A stretch of 64,000 nt of DNA from the human T2T-CHM13v2.0 reference genome, Homo sapiens, in the NCBI RefSeq assembly GCF_009914755.1, contig NC_060939.1; one strand, 5' to 3'. A program made the translations under genes and the position numbers. Shown here in pieces: positions 15,612-30,430 of this stretch. The first letter of the stretch is position 1. Every line of letters starts with the position of its first letter. Under the pieces are notes generated by a model. The model was not told the origin of the DNA and made no database searches. It saw only the letters and a list, made by a program, of their open reading frames with translations.

Positions 15612-17043
15612 GAGGATCAATAGCTGACGTCTGTGCCGCTGGACAGCAGGCCCGCCGGGAGGAGGGAAAAGCACAATGGACACACATGAAGGACCCAGTG
15701 AGGACTGAGTGATGGGCTGGGGACACCTCTCATACTACCCTGTCATGAAGGCCACAGTGCAACACAGGAGATGGGGAGGTCAGGTCAGAACACCTGTCCG
15801 GGGCCTCTCGATGGGCACTAGGAATCTGAGACGAGTCCTTGGCACTGATGCTCAAAACATCTTTCATACCTCCAGAAATTGACTCTCCTAATCCAGTTTC
15901 GAGCAGGAGGGACTCATCTATCTATGTGCAACTGACAGAATTAGAGGGTTCCCTTGTGACATCTAAACATCCCCATGAACTGAGCATACTGTATGAACAC
16001 TGGTGCACCGATATTCAGCAATGACAGCATGATCGTTAATCCACCAACCAAAAATGCAAGCTGAGCGGCTGGGAAGACAAGTCACTTGCCCTTGCAGGCT
16101 CCGTCTTCTCACCCCAACAATTCTACTTAAGTAAAGAAAATAAAGCACAAAAGCTTTGAAACCACGGCTGATAGTGCAGGCTCCTCAGGGGAAAGGCAGG
16201 CACCCGACAGACCAAGAATCTGGTTTCCACACCCATCACACCTGCAGCACTGATTCACCAGTGCAGCTGAGGTGATGGAAGCAGGGAAAGTCTAAGGGGA
16301 GGGACACCGAATCATCCCCAAAACCACAACAGAATTTTCTCTGTGAACCTCTCCAACACTGTCAGCCTGATTCTTCTGCCAGGATTAACTGAATATAAAC
16401 ACCTAAAGCATAAATAATCCGTGTCAATAATTTAGGTGTACAGTAAGATAAAGTGCACTGCTCAATAGGCAAAACTACAGACAAAAGAAAATATACTTTA
16501 ATAAAATTTACACTAGTACCAGCTAAACAAGAGGTCGAAGAAAGTTGTTAAATTTCTCATCGCATCCTCAAAGATATAACAAAGTTAAACAGGAAATTAC
16601 AAAAAGAAGGTGGTTTTAAAATTCAGCAAAAAAAAAGATGAAATCATCGTGACCCCAGTGTAACTCTATAGCCATAGCTTTACATGTAAACACTGGATTT
16701 AAAATGCAAAATCTGTGGTTACTTTAGACCACTGAGACTCAATTATTTATGCTGATTATTTATAGGTAGCTTCTAATGGAAGTTGATTATTGAATATTTT
16801 CAAAGAGAAAAAAAAAGGAATAAATTCTCATTTCGCTAAAAAGCTTTGAGTTTTTTTCCTGAAGGGAAGAAAATAGATTAGGTGGTGTCCTGAGTTCCTC
16901 TGCAGCCTGGGGTGCTGGCATGAATAAATAACCGTGGTAAGAAGCAAGCATGCTAGCAGCCAAGCCACAGACAATAGTGCCCAATGCATCGCCCATCTTC
17001 AGAAACGAAACATGTTGCATAAGACATTTTCCTAAAAACTTCA

Positions 17044-17355
<312 letters not shown>

Positions 17356-18068
17356 TTATACTCGGACTTTAAGCATGAGTCTTTCTAAAGTGCATTCTAA
17401 TTAGAGCACATGGGGCTAGATAGGGGTGACTGGCAGAAACTGGGGAGGTCCGAAAATGCCCCCCTCAGAGAACTGACCTAAGAAAGCAGCTAGAGCCTGA
17501 GGAGACCCACTGGAGGTCACATAGAGTGAAGTGACATGAAGAAATGGCTATGGACACAGTCCTGGGAAACCAGGGAGAGGCCAGAGAGGGGTCACAGTCT
17601 GTCTTTAGAGCAGAACTAGAATTAACATCAAACGCCACCATAAGCAGAAAATAGAAGCTGATGCCACCTCTGACCTCTGAGCTGAGAAAAGTGAGTCCAT
17701 ACAGGGCTCATGAAGGCCTTAGAAGGGCCTGCAGAGAAGACAGGAGCACTGTGCCCAGGAGGCAGCCTGGCCAGCAGTCCAGAGACATCCAGCACCCCCC
17801 GCCCCACTTGACACAGGCGCATCAGGGTGAGCACCTGTGATGAGAATACCCACTCCCTGTGCACACAGTACCTGCATGGCCCTCCTGGGCACCCGGCTTT
17901 GGGGGGACACGTGGGCAGCGAGCTACACACAGACCCTATCCCTCCAGCAGGATCCCCCTTCCTCATTTGCATTCCATTTAGTGATAAGATTTTCCCCATA
18001 GCCTTATCCATTTTCTCTTACTCCCCAAGGAAAAATAATCAGAATTATTAGTTTTGGTGGTTATCCTA

Positions 18069-18537
18069 TGTTATGGGGTGAATCTGTCCTTCCCCCAAAA
18101 TTCACAGGAATTCCTAACCTCCAATACCTGAGACTGTGACCTTATTGGAAATAGGTTCACTGCAGATGCTATTGACTAAGATGAGGTCATATGACAGTAG
18201 GGGAGGCCCGCGGTCCAATCTGACTGTGTCCTTAGGAAAAGGGGGATTTGAACACCGAGACATGAACACGAGGAGAACGCCATGTGAATAGGAGGCAGAG
18301 ACGGGGTGATGCATCTACAAGCCAAGGAACGTCACGTCACGGATTACCAGCAAATCACAGGAAGCTAGGAGGGAGACCTGGAACAGATTTTCCCTCAGGG
18401 CCTCGAGAAGAAATCCACGCTGCCAACACCTTGATCTCTGCTTTCCAGTCTGCAGAACTGTGAAGGAATAAATTTCTGTTGCTTAAGCCACCTTGTCTAT
18501 CGTACTTTGTTATGGGAGCCCAAGGATAGGAATCCAG
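18069..18537 (+). mobile_element. MLT1C-like MaLR solo LTR
   Basis: tgttatggggtgaat...gtgaccttattggaaatagg...tacaagccaaggaa...aataaatttctgttgcttaagccac. Confidence 0.88.
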
Positions 18538-18998
18538 CCTGTAATGTGAACTTCAGTTTTACAGAGATGTTCCAGCAACTTCCCCGGGACATGATAACCC
18601 AGAAAACAAGTGAAGAACGTCCCGGGGGATCCTGCTGTTGTCACACTTCAAGGTCCCTGTGCCTGACTCATGGGAACCCCCAGGCCTTCCATCGGAGACT
18701 ACGCGACTCTTACTAGAAGCTCAGGAAGGTACACAACCCAGGGCAGGCAGAACACTTTATCTCTAATGAGCAGCAAGCAGGGCTTTCAAGGCAGTAAGAA
18801 TTTCCTAGCTGTTTTCTTCCTCATCGCAATCAATTCTGAAAGGCATGTTTTCATAGTTCGAGGATTCTAAGGGCTACAATGAAAGTCTCTGCTATTAGGT
18901 TAAACATTTGAACAACATATTAAATATTCAAATAGAACATTAGGTTGAACTTTGAGCATATTAAAATACTTTAAGGTTAACACTGAAAAGGAACTTTT

Positions 18999-19583
18999 TG
19001 TAGTAAATTAAAGGTGGCTTCTCCTCCTGAAGGAAAGTGGAGTCTAATTCCTAGCCTCTCGCACACCGGCCGGCCTGTGACTTGCGTGATCCAGCGAATG
19101 TGACAGAGGTGACACTCTGGGACACGGGAGGCTGAGTTGTAAGAAGCCTCTTGGAGCCTCTTAGAATGCTGGCTCTGGCAGAAGCCAGACACTATGTAGC
19201 AAGTATCACTCACGTGGTGAGGAAGCCCAGGTACCCACATGGAGACGCCATCTGAAGACAGAAAGGTGTCTGGCCAGCCCTGGCTGCTCTGTCTATCCCA
19301 GCCAGGCATGTGAGTAAAGGAACCTTTTTGGACATTCCATCGCAGCAGAAATGACATGCAGAAGACCCAGGGAACCCAGCCAACAGCGGGAACCAAGATC
19401 CCAAACGTATGGCCCCAGCACAGCTGCCCCGGCCATCTCCAGCCATCAGTGAGGGTTCTAGTCACTGGTCTGTCTCTGGGTCATCCTGCTAAATTCCTCA
19501 CTCACAGAATCATGAAAAGTGGTTGTTTAGTGCCACTATATTTTGGGGTGGTTTATTGTGCAGCCATAGATAACTGGAGCACA
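18999..19583 (+). mobile_element. MLT1H-like MaLR solo LTR
   Basis: MLT1H-type internal motifs and 3' end (tgccactatattttggggtggttt...gcagccatagataactg). Probable 5-bp TSD ctttt. Confidence 0.75.
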
Positions 19584-20227
19584 CTTTTCTGTGAAGTATT
19601 TTCTTTCCAGACTCGAACAGTTAGATGGGTTTATCCGGAGGCTACGGTGTAATTGAAATTCCATTAAAGATGCTTTTTAACAAGTAAGCAGGACTAATGT
19701 ATCTTCCCACTGCAAAGGCCTGCACTATCTTTGCCAAACCACATCATACTCTGTGAAGTCATCCAGTACAACACGTACCCCAAGTTCATACTCTTTAACA
19801 GCTCTCTGAATCAAATGGAGACTTAGTCAGGGTGAACAGTGTCACTGCAACGCTTGCAAGCAAAGTAGGATTCAACCCCACAGCAGAGGTCAGAAATGCC
19901 AATAAAAATGACCTTCTGGGGTCATTTATGGGTTTCACAGCTCTGATTTCAAGAGGTACCAGATATGCCAAAGAAAATGTGGCCAAAGACCTGGAAATAC
20001 GGGCTCTTCTGATTCAGTAGGGCCAGGGGTCGCTGCCCCAGCCAGAGGTCAGCCACCTTGGGGTCAGCCACCCTGGCACTGCCCAGCTAAGACAGTCCCC
20101 ACAGAACCTGAGAGCTGGCTCTCCATTGTGTCTCTCCAGAGAAACAGCCCCAACTTCTGTTGGTTGTCTGTACAGACTTCAAAGGAAAAATATCTTCCTC
20201 CTATCTCATGAAAACATTCCTTGCTGG

Positions 20228-20559
<332 letters not shown>

Positions 20560-20682
20560 CTATCGTCATACTTGTCCAAACTGTGAGTTCACAGCCAATG
20601 ATACTTGGATGCGTGGCCTCTGCTGGGTAGATAACCTATGCCAAACTGTTTTCAAATAGACAGAAAACCAACATTAATATGG

Positions 20683-20981
<299 letters not shown>

Positions 20982-21803
20982 TAGTATGTTTTAAAAGTCA
21001 AAAGAAAACAGTTACTAACAGTGACCTGAATCTGCCTACACTTGGAGGCTCACCGTTTTCACGTGCTCACGTATGCCATCTCCTTTAAGCCTCAGGTCAA
21101 GTCCATGTCATGCTCATTTCAGCAAAAATGTCAGGCAGCTCTCCCTGGCCCACAGCTGGCTCCTGGTAGGGCAGTCAAAGTCAGATCTACCAGATGCCAG
21201 CACCCATGAGAAAAGGATCTGGATGGTGCCAACCTAATACCCCCTCCATCCCCAGCCACCAGCAGCGCCGAGGTCCTTCCGTCCATGCTGTGTGCATGGC
21301 TTTTCTCATCCCCTCTCTGACCCCAGCAGCTGGGTGAGCATCTTACAGATCTCCTTCCCAGATCCCGTGCAAAATGGCCAGAATTCTAGGTCTCAGGCTG
21401 TTCATTTGTTTGATGTGAAGTTAGACTTAGTTACCTTGGTGTTAGGAGAGAACAGTGTTTAAATTATGTGTGGCAAGGAAAATTAATTTGAGATTATGAA
21501 TTCCCTGCAGCGTTCAAAGAGTATCATGGAGCTTAAGAGCAAGTTGGCTGGGTCTCAGTTTATTGACCTGGAGGAATGTGGAAATGCTAAGGGAAAGCAT
21601 GGAGCTGAAGAGTGCTGTGCGGACTGTCAATCCATTTCCATCTGAAATCACACTGGAAAACAGAAAAGCCTACCTGTGGATCTGTGTGGGGGCATGGAGA
21701 ACAGTGTGGGTGGAGATGCAAAAAGCTCCACCTCAGAGAGCTGGGAGGGAAGCGGAGTCAGGGAGGGCTGCCTGCCTTTTTCTGTAGACATTCCCCTACT
21801 GAT

Positions 21804-21919
21804 TGACTGGTGACAGTGAGATTTTATCACGTTTGTAATTTCCAGAAGGGGAAGGCACAATGACTGGTTACAGTGAGATTGTATTACATTTGTAATTTAC
21901 AGAAAGGGAAACACACAAA
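21804..21919. repeat. Two-copy ~57-bp tandem duplication
   Basis: tgactggtgacagtgagattttatcacgtttgtaatttccagaaggggaaggcacaa followed directly by tgactggttacagtgagattgtattacatttgtaatttacagaaagggaaacacacaa. Confidence 0.9.
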
Positions 21920-22064
21920 CTGCAAGAGAAATAGATCCCTAGAGAGCGTGGTCCAAGAAGGCTGTGTCCACATTTCCACATTCCCTGTGGCTGAATGCCC
22001 AGACTTTGAGATCAACCCCATCAGGAAGAAAGTTAAAGACAGAGGCTAATCAGAGTTTGGCAAT

Positions 22065-22270
22065 GCTGAGAGCTTCCACGTGCCAGGTCCTGCCTGGGCT
22101 CTTTACCTATATTACGTCATTCAGTTTTCACAACTTCCCCATGAGGTGTCATCCATGTTACAGGTGAGAAACTGAGGCACAGAGACAGTAGCAATTTCCC
22201 TATGATCCTAAAGTGATCAGAGGTACAGCTGGGATTCCCATCCAGGCATCCCAAAGCCTGAGCTCTCTAT
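22065..22270 (-). mobile_element. MIR SINE
   Basis: Antisense MIR core ttacaggtgagaaactgaggcacagaga. Confidence 0.8.
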
Positions 22271-22684
22271 GTTGTGACACTTCATAGTTGTGTTGACTTT
22301 TATCAAATCATTCAACCTCTTTGAGGGTCATTTTTCTTATCTGTCAAATGAAGGTGACAACAACACCTTCTTTTTGCAAAGATTCCTTTGCAAAAAGGAA
22401 TCTTACATATCTTTATCATATGTATCTATATCATCATACATGTACGTATATCATCTCGCCCAGTGCCTGCAGACAGGAGACTGCAGAGCTATGTGCCCAA
22501 CCAACCTCACAGGGAGGGCACTTTTGAGTGTGGGCAAGGTGCCATCAAATCCACTGATAAGGGACAGTTTAGGGAGTGAGGAGTGCATGTCCCACAGCCC
22601 CTCTGCATATAAGGAGTGAAGAGGAGGGTGGTGATGAGGTAGGACAAGGGTTGGAATAGGAGATGAGACTAAGAAACCAGGCAG

Positions 22685-22859
<175 letters not shown>

Positions 22860-25599
22860 TCAGCCCCTGAGAGGGCTCTGGACCACAGCCTGAACAAAGA
22901 GCACGGATGCAGGCAGCTGCCTTGGAGGACACAGAGGATGTCTCTTTGTGTCGCCTCCATAGGGCACTGGTGTCTGGAAGAGCTCCTCGGCCAGCCATCA
23001 CTTAGATGGCTGGCTGACTGGGTTAACTTTCCACCCACTCCCTCCTCCAACCACCCAGCTTGATGTTCCTTCAATACCTCTTCAACACTCATGAGGAGGG
23101 ACGGGAGTAAACTGGTTTTCTTTTAATAAAAAATATTATGCCTTTCTTTTTAATTGCAAAGTAAGGTTTTAAAAAATACCATTTCCAAATAAAACGGTTG
23201 TGGGAGGCATAGTAAACATTTAAAATTTACATCATACAATGAATTATTGATTCCCAGCAAATAATACTCCCCCCACTCAGTTTCAGATTTTCAGCTGAAT
23301 GTAGCAGGGCCCGAGAGCCTGTGCCAGGCCCAGTCCTCTACATCAGGGACCAGGGAACACTTGGACGGGGTGGGGTTTTATGTGTCCCTCCACTGCCCTC
23401 AAAGGCACTGCCAATCTCAGCAACAGGAAGGTGCTGACTCCTGACTCACCAGCTCTACTGCAAGTCCATCACCTGCAAAACCTCAGTGATTTGGTCCAGT
23501 GATGTGCTACTGCCCAGCACTAGTGGAGTTGGCACGAGATAGGGCCCCTGGCAGCTGCCCAGCGGCCCACCCCTCCATTCGGCTTCGATGCCATGGGAGA
23601 GGGCTGGGGCCAGTGACAGTCAAGACCCATGGGCCCAGGCCTTCAGAGTGGCTCTTAGCATAAGGGAGAAGGGGGTCAAATAAGGGAGAAACAGCAGGGA
23701 AAATTGAAAAGACATTCTAATGGCTAGTGGGGTGGAGATGGAACAGGTAACCAGGTCTTTCTGGGGACAGACAGGCATGATATGAGAGATCCATCCAAGG
23801 ATCCGTGTTTAACTGGGACAGGTGTGCAGCTTCGGGATGTGGGGATGAACTGTGAAGTGAAGACAGAAAGAAAATTCGTGCGCTGTAACAGGCTCAGTGC
23901 TCTCTCTACCATATGTCACCATAATATTTCAATCATTAGATCTGAACTAAATACAGATTTAATTTACCAAATAACGTTTTAATGACAACAGCAGTGGCCC
24001 CCAGCAATACTCCAATTTACGTACAACTTCGAGATAAATTACATCGTTTGACTTGCGAGAAAGATGTCTAATTAGGAAGATTTCCAGATATAAAGAACTG
24101 TCACTGTAAGGCATGTCATCTCATCACTCTAAAGTCACTCATTAACATATGAAAACATTCCCGTTTAATAAACTGCTTATGTCAAACGAGGTCCTGAAGA
24201 TGGGACGTGGGTGAAGGTGCTGCCCAGTAGGCGGCTCAACTGATTCATCACCTGATGTTATCGGCCATGGCCATCCCTCCGCCTTCAGATGGAGTCGCCA
24301 GATAGATATTTTTGCCATACAAGGTTCTTATTTCATTTTATCGTATTCTGATTTTCTAGCTGGGTATATTTCAGAATTAGTATTTGTGTTAGGATAAGAC
24401 ACTAAGATTCTCTTGAAGCACTGGTGTTTTACACAGTTTATCTTAAAGGCTGCTTCCAAGTTGCTGCAAGATAAAACTGACTTAAGGAGTCTGTCAATTA
24501 GATGCAACCATGGTAACCAGAGAAAACTGCAAAATGGCCATAATTCTGCAACTTTGCCCCAAATGAGGACAAAACCACCCTGTATCCAATACAATACATA
24601 TACTGGGTTTTGTAGTGGCATGAAGAAATGCCTTCTGAAGTTGGCCCAGTTTAGGAGGTATCAGGAACGACATCTCAGTGGGTTTTTGCAGGAAGAATAG
24701 GAGTTTGCTGATAAATTTCATGCTTCCTCTGTAGACAATGGGGAAGCATCAGAGGGGACGTAGCAGGGTGTTGAAGTGACAAGTTCTACAGCAGGGAGGG
24801 TGGATTTGGAGCAGGGCAGGGATGAACAGAGGGCCAGTGCAGGGGAGGGGACCACTCAGAAGAATGCTACATTCCTTTCAGACCAAATGTGTTTGCAGCC
24901 TCACTGGGAATGCTGGGTTAGACCCTACACCAAAAACTACCTGGAACAAGAGCTGTTCTAATAATGCTAAGCATATGTGAAACTGTGATGATTCTAATAT
25001 TGGAACTTTTTATTTTAACAGAAAACCAATTATCGTAGGAAGCTTCTACCATCTCTCATCCAACAGTGTTAGCATGACTGTTACTAATACATTGAAAAAA
25101 TAAAAATAGATAATGGAGATCTGGCAAGGTGGCCGAGGAAATCACATGTATGAGAGATGGGTGGATGAAAAAGTCCCAAACCCCTTCAAGAAGCATCCGT
25201 GCCATTTCAAGCTTTCCAGAACTTCAGAGTCATGGACTGTCTACTCCTGTTTCTCTGTATCCTCCCCCCAACCCCAGTTTTAATTTCCATTCTATTTTCC
25301 CTTTATCCATTTACTATTTCACTTATTTATGACTCAAATATGCCAGGCCCCATGGGAGAGCTGGGACACACAGTGAACTAACTGGAGCCAGCACCATCTC
25401 ACACTATCACTCCCGCCTTCCAGTGAAGGAGAGAACCAATAACCACAGGGCTGGTTAGGGAAGTACAACTGTGCCACATACTCCCAAGGAGAGGCCAGGT
25501 GCCTCTGAAGGCTTATAGAGTAGACATGTCCTGCCCATCACACCTTCGTCGTTTGTGTCAGAGCTACAACTAAAATCTAGAATTCCTAATTTCCACCCT

Positions 25600-25880
25600 A
25601 CTCACTCTGCCTCATTCATTTTTCGGTTTATTCATTTGCTCATTCATTTGCTTATACCTTTGTTCACTGCCCATTCATTCTTTCAACATTCGATCAGTTA
25701 TTCATCCATTAATTACTCACAGGGCAGGCCCTCTTGTCTCAGCTCAGCTACAAGGCACAGAGGCATAACAAGGCTAATGAACACTCACGGGTCATAACCA
25801 GGGTGCTACGGGCACATTGGCCAGTGAAAGCTGAACTGGTCTGGGCAGCTCGATGAAGGCTCTGCAGAAGTGGCCCTGAC
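25600..25880 (-). mobile_element. L2 3' fragment
   Basis: Degenerate (TTCA)n-like run followed by L2-like sequence. More L2-like sequence at ~26250-26620. Confidence 0.5.
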
Positions 25881-27398
25881 AAGTGCTAGTGAATCACTCC
25901 ACAACATGCAAACCTGATCACTAACATAATATGCAACACACGCTCACATGTTCCAGGTGCCGCGCAGACAGGACCCCTGCCCCTTGAAAGTCAGAGTCAA
26001 AAGGGGGAGTGGCGAGGAAGCAAAGGCTGCATCTTGTGTCAAGCGCCGTGGAAGGGAATAGTGAAGTACTCCCGGGTCTTGGGGGCCTTCTATAAAGAAG
26101 GTGGTAGCATCTGGGCCTGGAGCCTGCAGGAAAAGAACCGGGAGAAGCACCTTACAAGCACGGAGAGAAACCGTGGAAAGTTACAGAAACTGTCAGGAGG
26201 CCCGTGGCGCTGGACTACAGGATATTGTCAGATGAAGTCAGCAGCTTGAGCAAAGCATTGCAGGTGGAGGAAAATTTTTTTAATTTTTTCCTATATGTGT
26301 CAAGAAGCCACTGAAAGCTTTCAGACGACTTTTTATTGACAGAATCCTATTTACATCTTTAAAGAAGTATACTGGTTGGACCCTCAAGCCCATAGAGGGG
26401 TAATGTTGCAAGTAGAAAAGACCACCCCTTGCTCTAAGTGATGAGGCAGATTCCAACCCTTGGCCAGGCCGCCATGCAGGGCAGAAGGTGCCCTGATTCT
26501 GGCTGCTGCAGAAGTTGGGGGATGGCAATTGAAACCAAAGAGGTGGCCATACAGATGGCGATGAGGGGACGGACTGCAGGTAACTTTTGAAGGAACAGCT
26601 GGTGGGATTTGTATGTGTATGGGCAGGGAGGTGAGGGAAAGGGACTGCTGTGCGTTCCATGCATCTTGATTCCATTATCTCTGTGGCCCTAATGCAAGCT
26701 TTCAGCTCTATAGGAATGCGAAACAACTGCAGATTTCCCATCGGGCACATGCCAGAGATAAGTGCTTCCCAGAGATTCTTGGTTGTTCTCAGTCTTCTGC
26801 ATCACATGCCATAGTGCGACGAAGTCTCCCTTCCGATGTACAGGTCTCTCTGCAGGATCAAATTCCAGAACCGGGATTCCTGAGTCAAAGCGTGAATTAA
26901 CCTATAATTGTCTTAATTCTGAAAAATTATCCTCCTGGGGCTGGTTGGGGGGGCATTTTACACTCCTCTTAGCAAAATGTGAAAAGGTCTGTTTCACCCC
27001 AGCCTCAGTGAAAGATTATGTTCTCCAGCTTGTGGGTTTTTGCCTGACATGGCAGGTGACATACAATATCTTACTGTTGTTTTAATTGTAATTTCTGTTA
27101 CCACGAGGTTCACAGTGTTTTCATGTGATTAGGCCATTTCTGTGAGCTCTCTGACCCCGCCCATTTTTCTTTTGGATATTTGTGGTCTTTTTCTTATAAA
27201 CTTCTAGAATGCAGGAACTATTCACGATCTGAATTAGAAATATTTCTCCCAGTTTGGTACTTTGCTTCTAAGTTTGCATACTTTCTTAGAAATTTTATTT
27301 TATTTATTTAGCCACGTAAAAGTTTTTGCTTTGATATGGTCACATTTATCAAAATTTGATAGCTGCAAAGAATACTATATGAGCTGGTAAAAAGGAAT

Positions 27399-27410
27399 GG
27401 GGGGGGGGGG
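27399..27410 (+). repeat. Poly-G run (12 G)
   Basis: Seen directly. Confidence 0.95.
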
Positions 27411-27552
27411 TGGTTCTTCGGTCCAGATTTAGAAAGATCTCCAAATGCATTGTGAAGTGGAAAAAGCGAAGGTACATATTCTACCCCTTTTTCTCTGAGA
27501 AAGAGAATGTGGGCACGTATGTTCTTATTTGTTTATATTTTCATAAAGGAAG

Positions 27553-27949
27553 TATGATAGGTTATTTTATATGTCAGCTTGGCCAAGCTATGGTGCCTGG
27601 TCATTTGGTTAAACACTAGTCTAGATGTTGCTGTGGCTGTCCTTTTAGATGTAATTCATATCTACAATAAATAGACTCAGTTAAGCAGATTACCCTCCAT
27701 ACTGCGGGGGGCCTCATCCAATCAGTCAAAGGCCCTCAGAGCAAAGACTGAGGTTCCCCAAGTAGAAGGAATTCCTTTCAAGACTGTGACATAGAAAGCC
27801 CAGCTGAGTTTCCAGCCTGCAGAATTCAGACTCACAAATGAAACCTCAACACCTACCTAACCTCCAGCCTCCCTGCTGCCCTACAGATTTCAGGCCTGCC
27901 AGCCCCCACAATCAGGTGAGTCCATTCCTTTAAAAAAAAAACCAGGCGC

Positions 27950-27980
<31 letters not shown>

Positions 27981-28038
27981 CCCTCTCTGTCTCTTCCTCT
28001 CATTGGTTCTGTTACTCTGGAGAACCCTGATTAACACG
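27553..28038 (+). mobile_element. MLT2-family (ERVL) solo LTR with internal (CT)n
   Basis: aaacactagtctagatgttgctgtg...gcagattaccctccat...cattggttctgttactctggagaaccctgattaacac. Confidence 0.88.
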
Positions 28039-29304
28039 GGAACACTTGGAGGATTCCACAAAAAATGAGTACAGTAACTGTGTGTGGGAAGGATGAGGGA
28101 GGGGTGGTAATGGGAATTCTCAGTTTAGGCCTTGTTATAGTTAGAAACTTTAAGCCGTGTAAATATCTCACCTACTCAAAACAGAAAGTAAAATTTGGGG
28201 CAAAATCAACTTTTAGGTATAAAATAAAATAAATGCTCTATAAATTAAGCAATAAAGGTTATTTGTTTTATAGAAATTTAAGATACAAAAAAAGAGAATT
28301 ATCCAGGTTTATCCAAAAGATGAACTGCTCAGGAAGAAGACAATTTTTAAAAGCACTGAGATGCAATTCTTTTAAACATGAACCTATATACCATATTTAA
28401 ATCCATATAATATTCTACAAATCTGGTGTATCCTCCAAGCATTTGATACAAGGTTTAACTCTCACCAACTCTTCCACTCCTGACCCCACCAGGTGGGCAA
28501 ACATAACTTGTGGCAATCTGCAAAGAGGCCAGGCCACGACCTGGGCTGGAGTGGCCAGCCTGTGGCTGGGGAGACTTTCCAGGGAACAGGTGCCACCTCC
28601 CCAAAACGCTTCACGCTGCGTGCAAGGATTCAGAGATGTCCAGGGTAAACCAGCACTTTTTAAGCCAAATCTAAATGTTTAATAAAAACTAAGAATGATG
28701 CATAACAAGAGCTTCATCCTGGAAGTACACACCATTTTACAGGAAACTCAAACCCTAAACATATGTAATCTTGTTTGTAGCAGGGAACTTCCTCCCTGCT
28801 AGATTGAAGAAAAGTATTACCATCTGGGACACATTCCTCTCACCCTAAGAAGGGGCTTTATAGAAGGGTCTTTACTTTTATTAGCAGCACCCTGCTATGC
28901 ACCTGCTGATGTTCATAACACATGGGGCTTTCTGGGCCACTCCAGTGACTGCTGAGCTGGCACCTGATGACATTTCTTCAAGTAAGTTGCCTTAGTTGAC
29001 CCAGCTACTGCTCCACACCAGAGGTGGAGTGGGGAGGGGTGTCCTCTGGTGGAAGGTCAGTGCCACAGAGAAACACTGGGCACTCAGACTGCATTCGGTC
29101 CTGGGACAGACAGCGTGTCCCCAAGCATCCACAGTGCAGCGTCCACAGAGAGGCCTGACTCCCAGGGGCTGACAGAGGCAGAGGACAGAGCTATTTATTG
29201 AAATGAGGAGTGCCCTGCTAAAAGAAACTGCATGCATAGCATTATAGAGCCAGGTAAACTCATGGTGAGGAGTCTGTGTTTTGGATTAAACACGCACGCG
29301 CGCA

Positions 29305-29306
<2 letters not shown>

Positions 29307-29347
<41 letters not shown>
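29307..29347. repeat. (CA)n microsatellite inside a MIR (~29240-29540)
   Basis: About 20 CA units; flanks are MIR-like. Confidence 0.9.
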
Positions 29348-29350
<3 letters not shown>

Positions 29351-29744
29351 TGTGTTTAATCCCAGCTCTATTACATAACTTTCTGGAGGTTGTTTCCCTT
29401 TGCCAAGGCTGCCTTTCCCTACATTAAGTGGGAACAATATAATCCCACCATAAAGAACTGTCATGAAATCCGAACGCAATGATGACCACTAAGGCTACAA
29501 GTGCCCGTACCGTAGGTAGTAAGTGCTTACTAAATGCTGGCTCCTCCTCCGTAACTGATGGGAATATTAGGAGACATATAGGTCTTTGGATAGTTCTTGA
29601 AAGCTGTCTCTAGAGGCTGTATTTGGAAACATATCACATGGATCATCTCTTGAATGAAGTTCCTCGTGACCCTTAGGCCTTTCAGGAGTAATGCCAGGGT
29701 CCTTCCTGTGAGCAGCTCAGCCGAGTGGGGCTAGCGGGGAGCAG

Positions 29745-30126
29745 AGATGGGGCTGGGACAGAGCACAAGCACAGCCCTGGGGTGGGGTAGACAGGGATGC
29801 TGGGCAAGCACACCCCACCTCCGCTCCCCGCCAAGGCTGTCTGCTTTCTGCACCAAGGCCCCTTCTACCCCTGCAAGCCCACCTGGCCCCCTGCACACAG
29901 GAGAGTTGATGCCCCCAGAGGAAACAATTAGGGGGAATGGGAACAAGGCCCCGCATGCCCTCTTCAGGGGGACAGTTCTGGGACATTCTGTACGGCTCCA
30001 GGCACCCCCCAGGCTCACAGTGGCAGCCCTGATAACACCCCCCAGGGATTCCTTCTCCTGCCCCACATCCCCCCCAGCTCCTCACACCTGCTTCCTTGTC
30101 CTGGGCTCTGCTTCTGGGCTAAAAAC
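29745..30126 (+). mobile_element. Old ERVL LTR, LTR16-like
   Basis: gagagttgatgccccc...gggacagttctggg...ctgataacacccc...ccttgtcctgggctctgcttctggg resembles the LTR16 3' half. Confidence 0.55.
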
Positions 30127-30269
30127 AACCCCAGCGGGGAGAGCTGTTAGGAATGCAAAGAGGAGACCAAGGACTTGAGGCCCCTCCTATCACCTCATTT
30201 ACATCCCCAGGAGTGCAGGCCACACTGCCCATCAAAAGCACGTCCCCGTGAGGCAAGATGATGATGATC

Positions 30270-30430
30270 GCAGCGGACATTTATTACCTGCCAGACACCA
30301 ACCTAAGCACCTTATTATTAACTATTTTAATTCTCACACCAATTCCACAAATTACTATGAGTTTGTTTTCCAAAAGAGGAAACTGGGGCACAGAGAAGCT
30401 AACTTTCTGAGGCTGCCCAGCTGGTGAGCA
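30270..30430 (-). mobile_element. MIR SINE
   Basis: MIR core gaggaaactggggcacagaga. Confidence 0.7.

Noticed and set aside
23450-23472. 23-nt minus-strand microexon (ttttgcag|GTGATGG...GAGCTG|gtgagt)
   Set aside because: Short pyrimidine tract, frame-shifting length and an unrecognised peptide; such pairs arise by chance in 64 kb.
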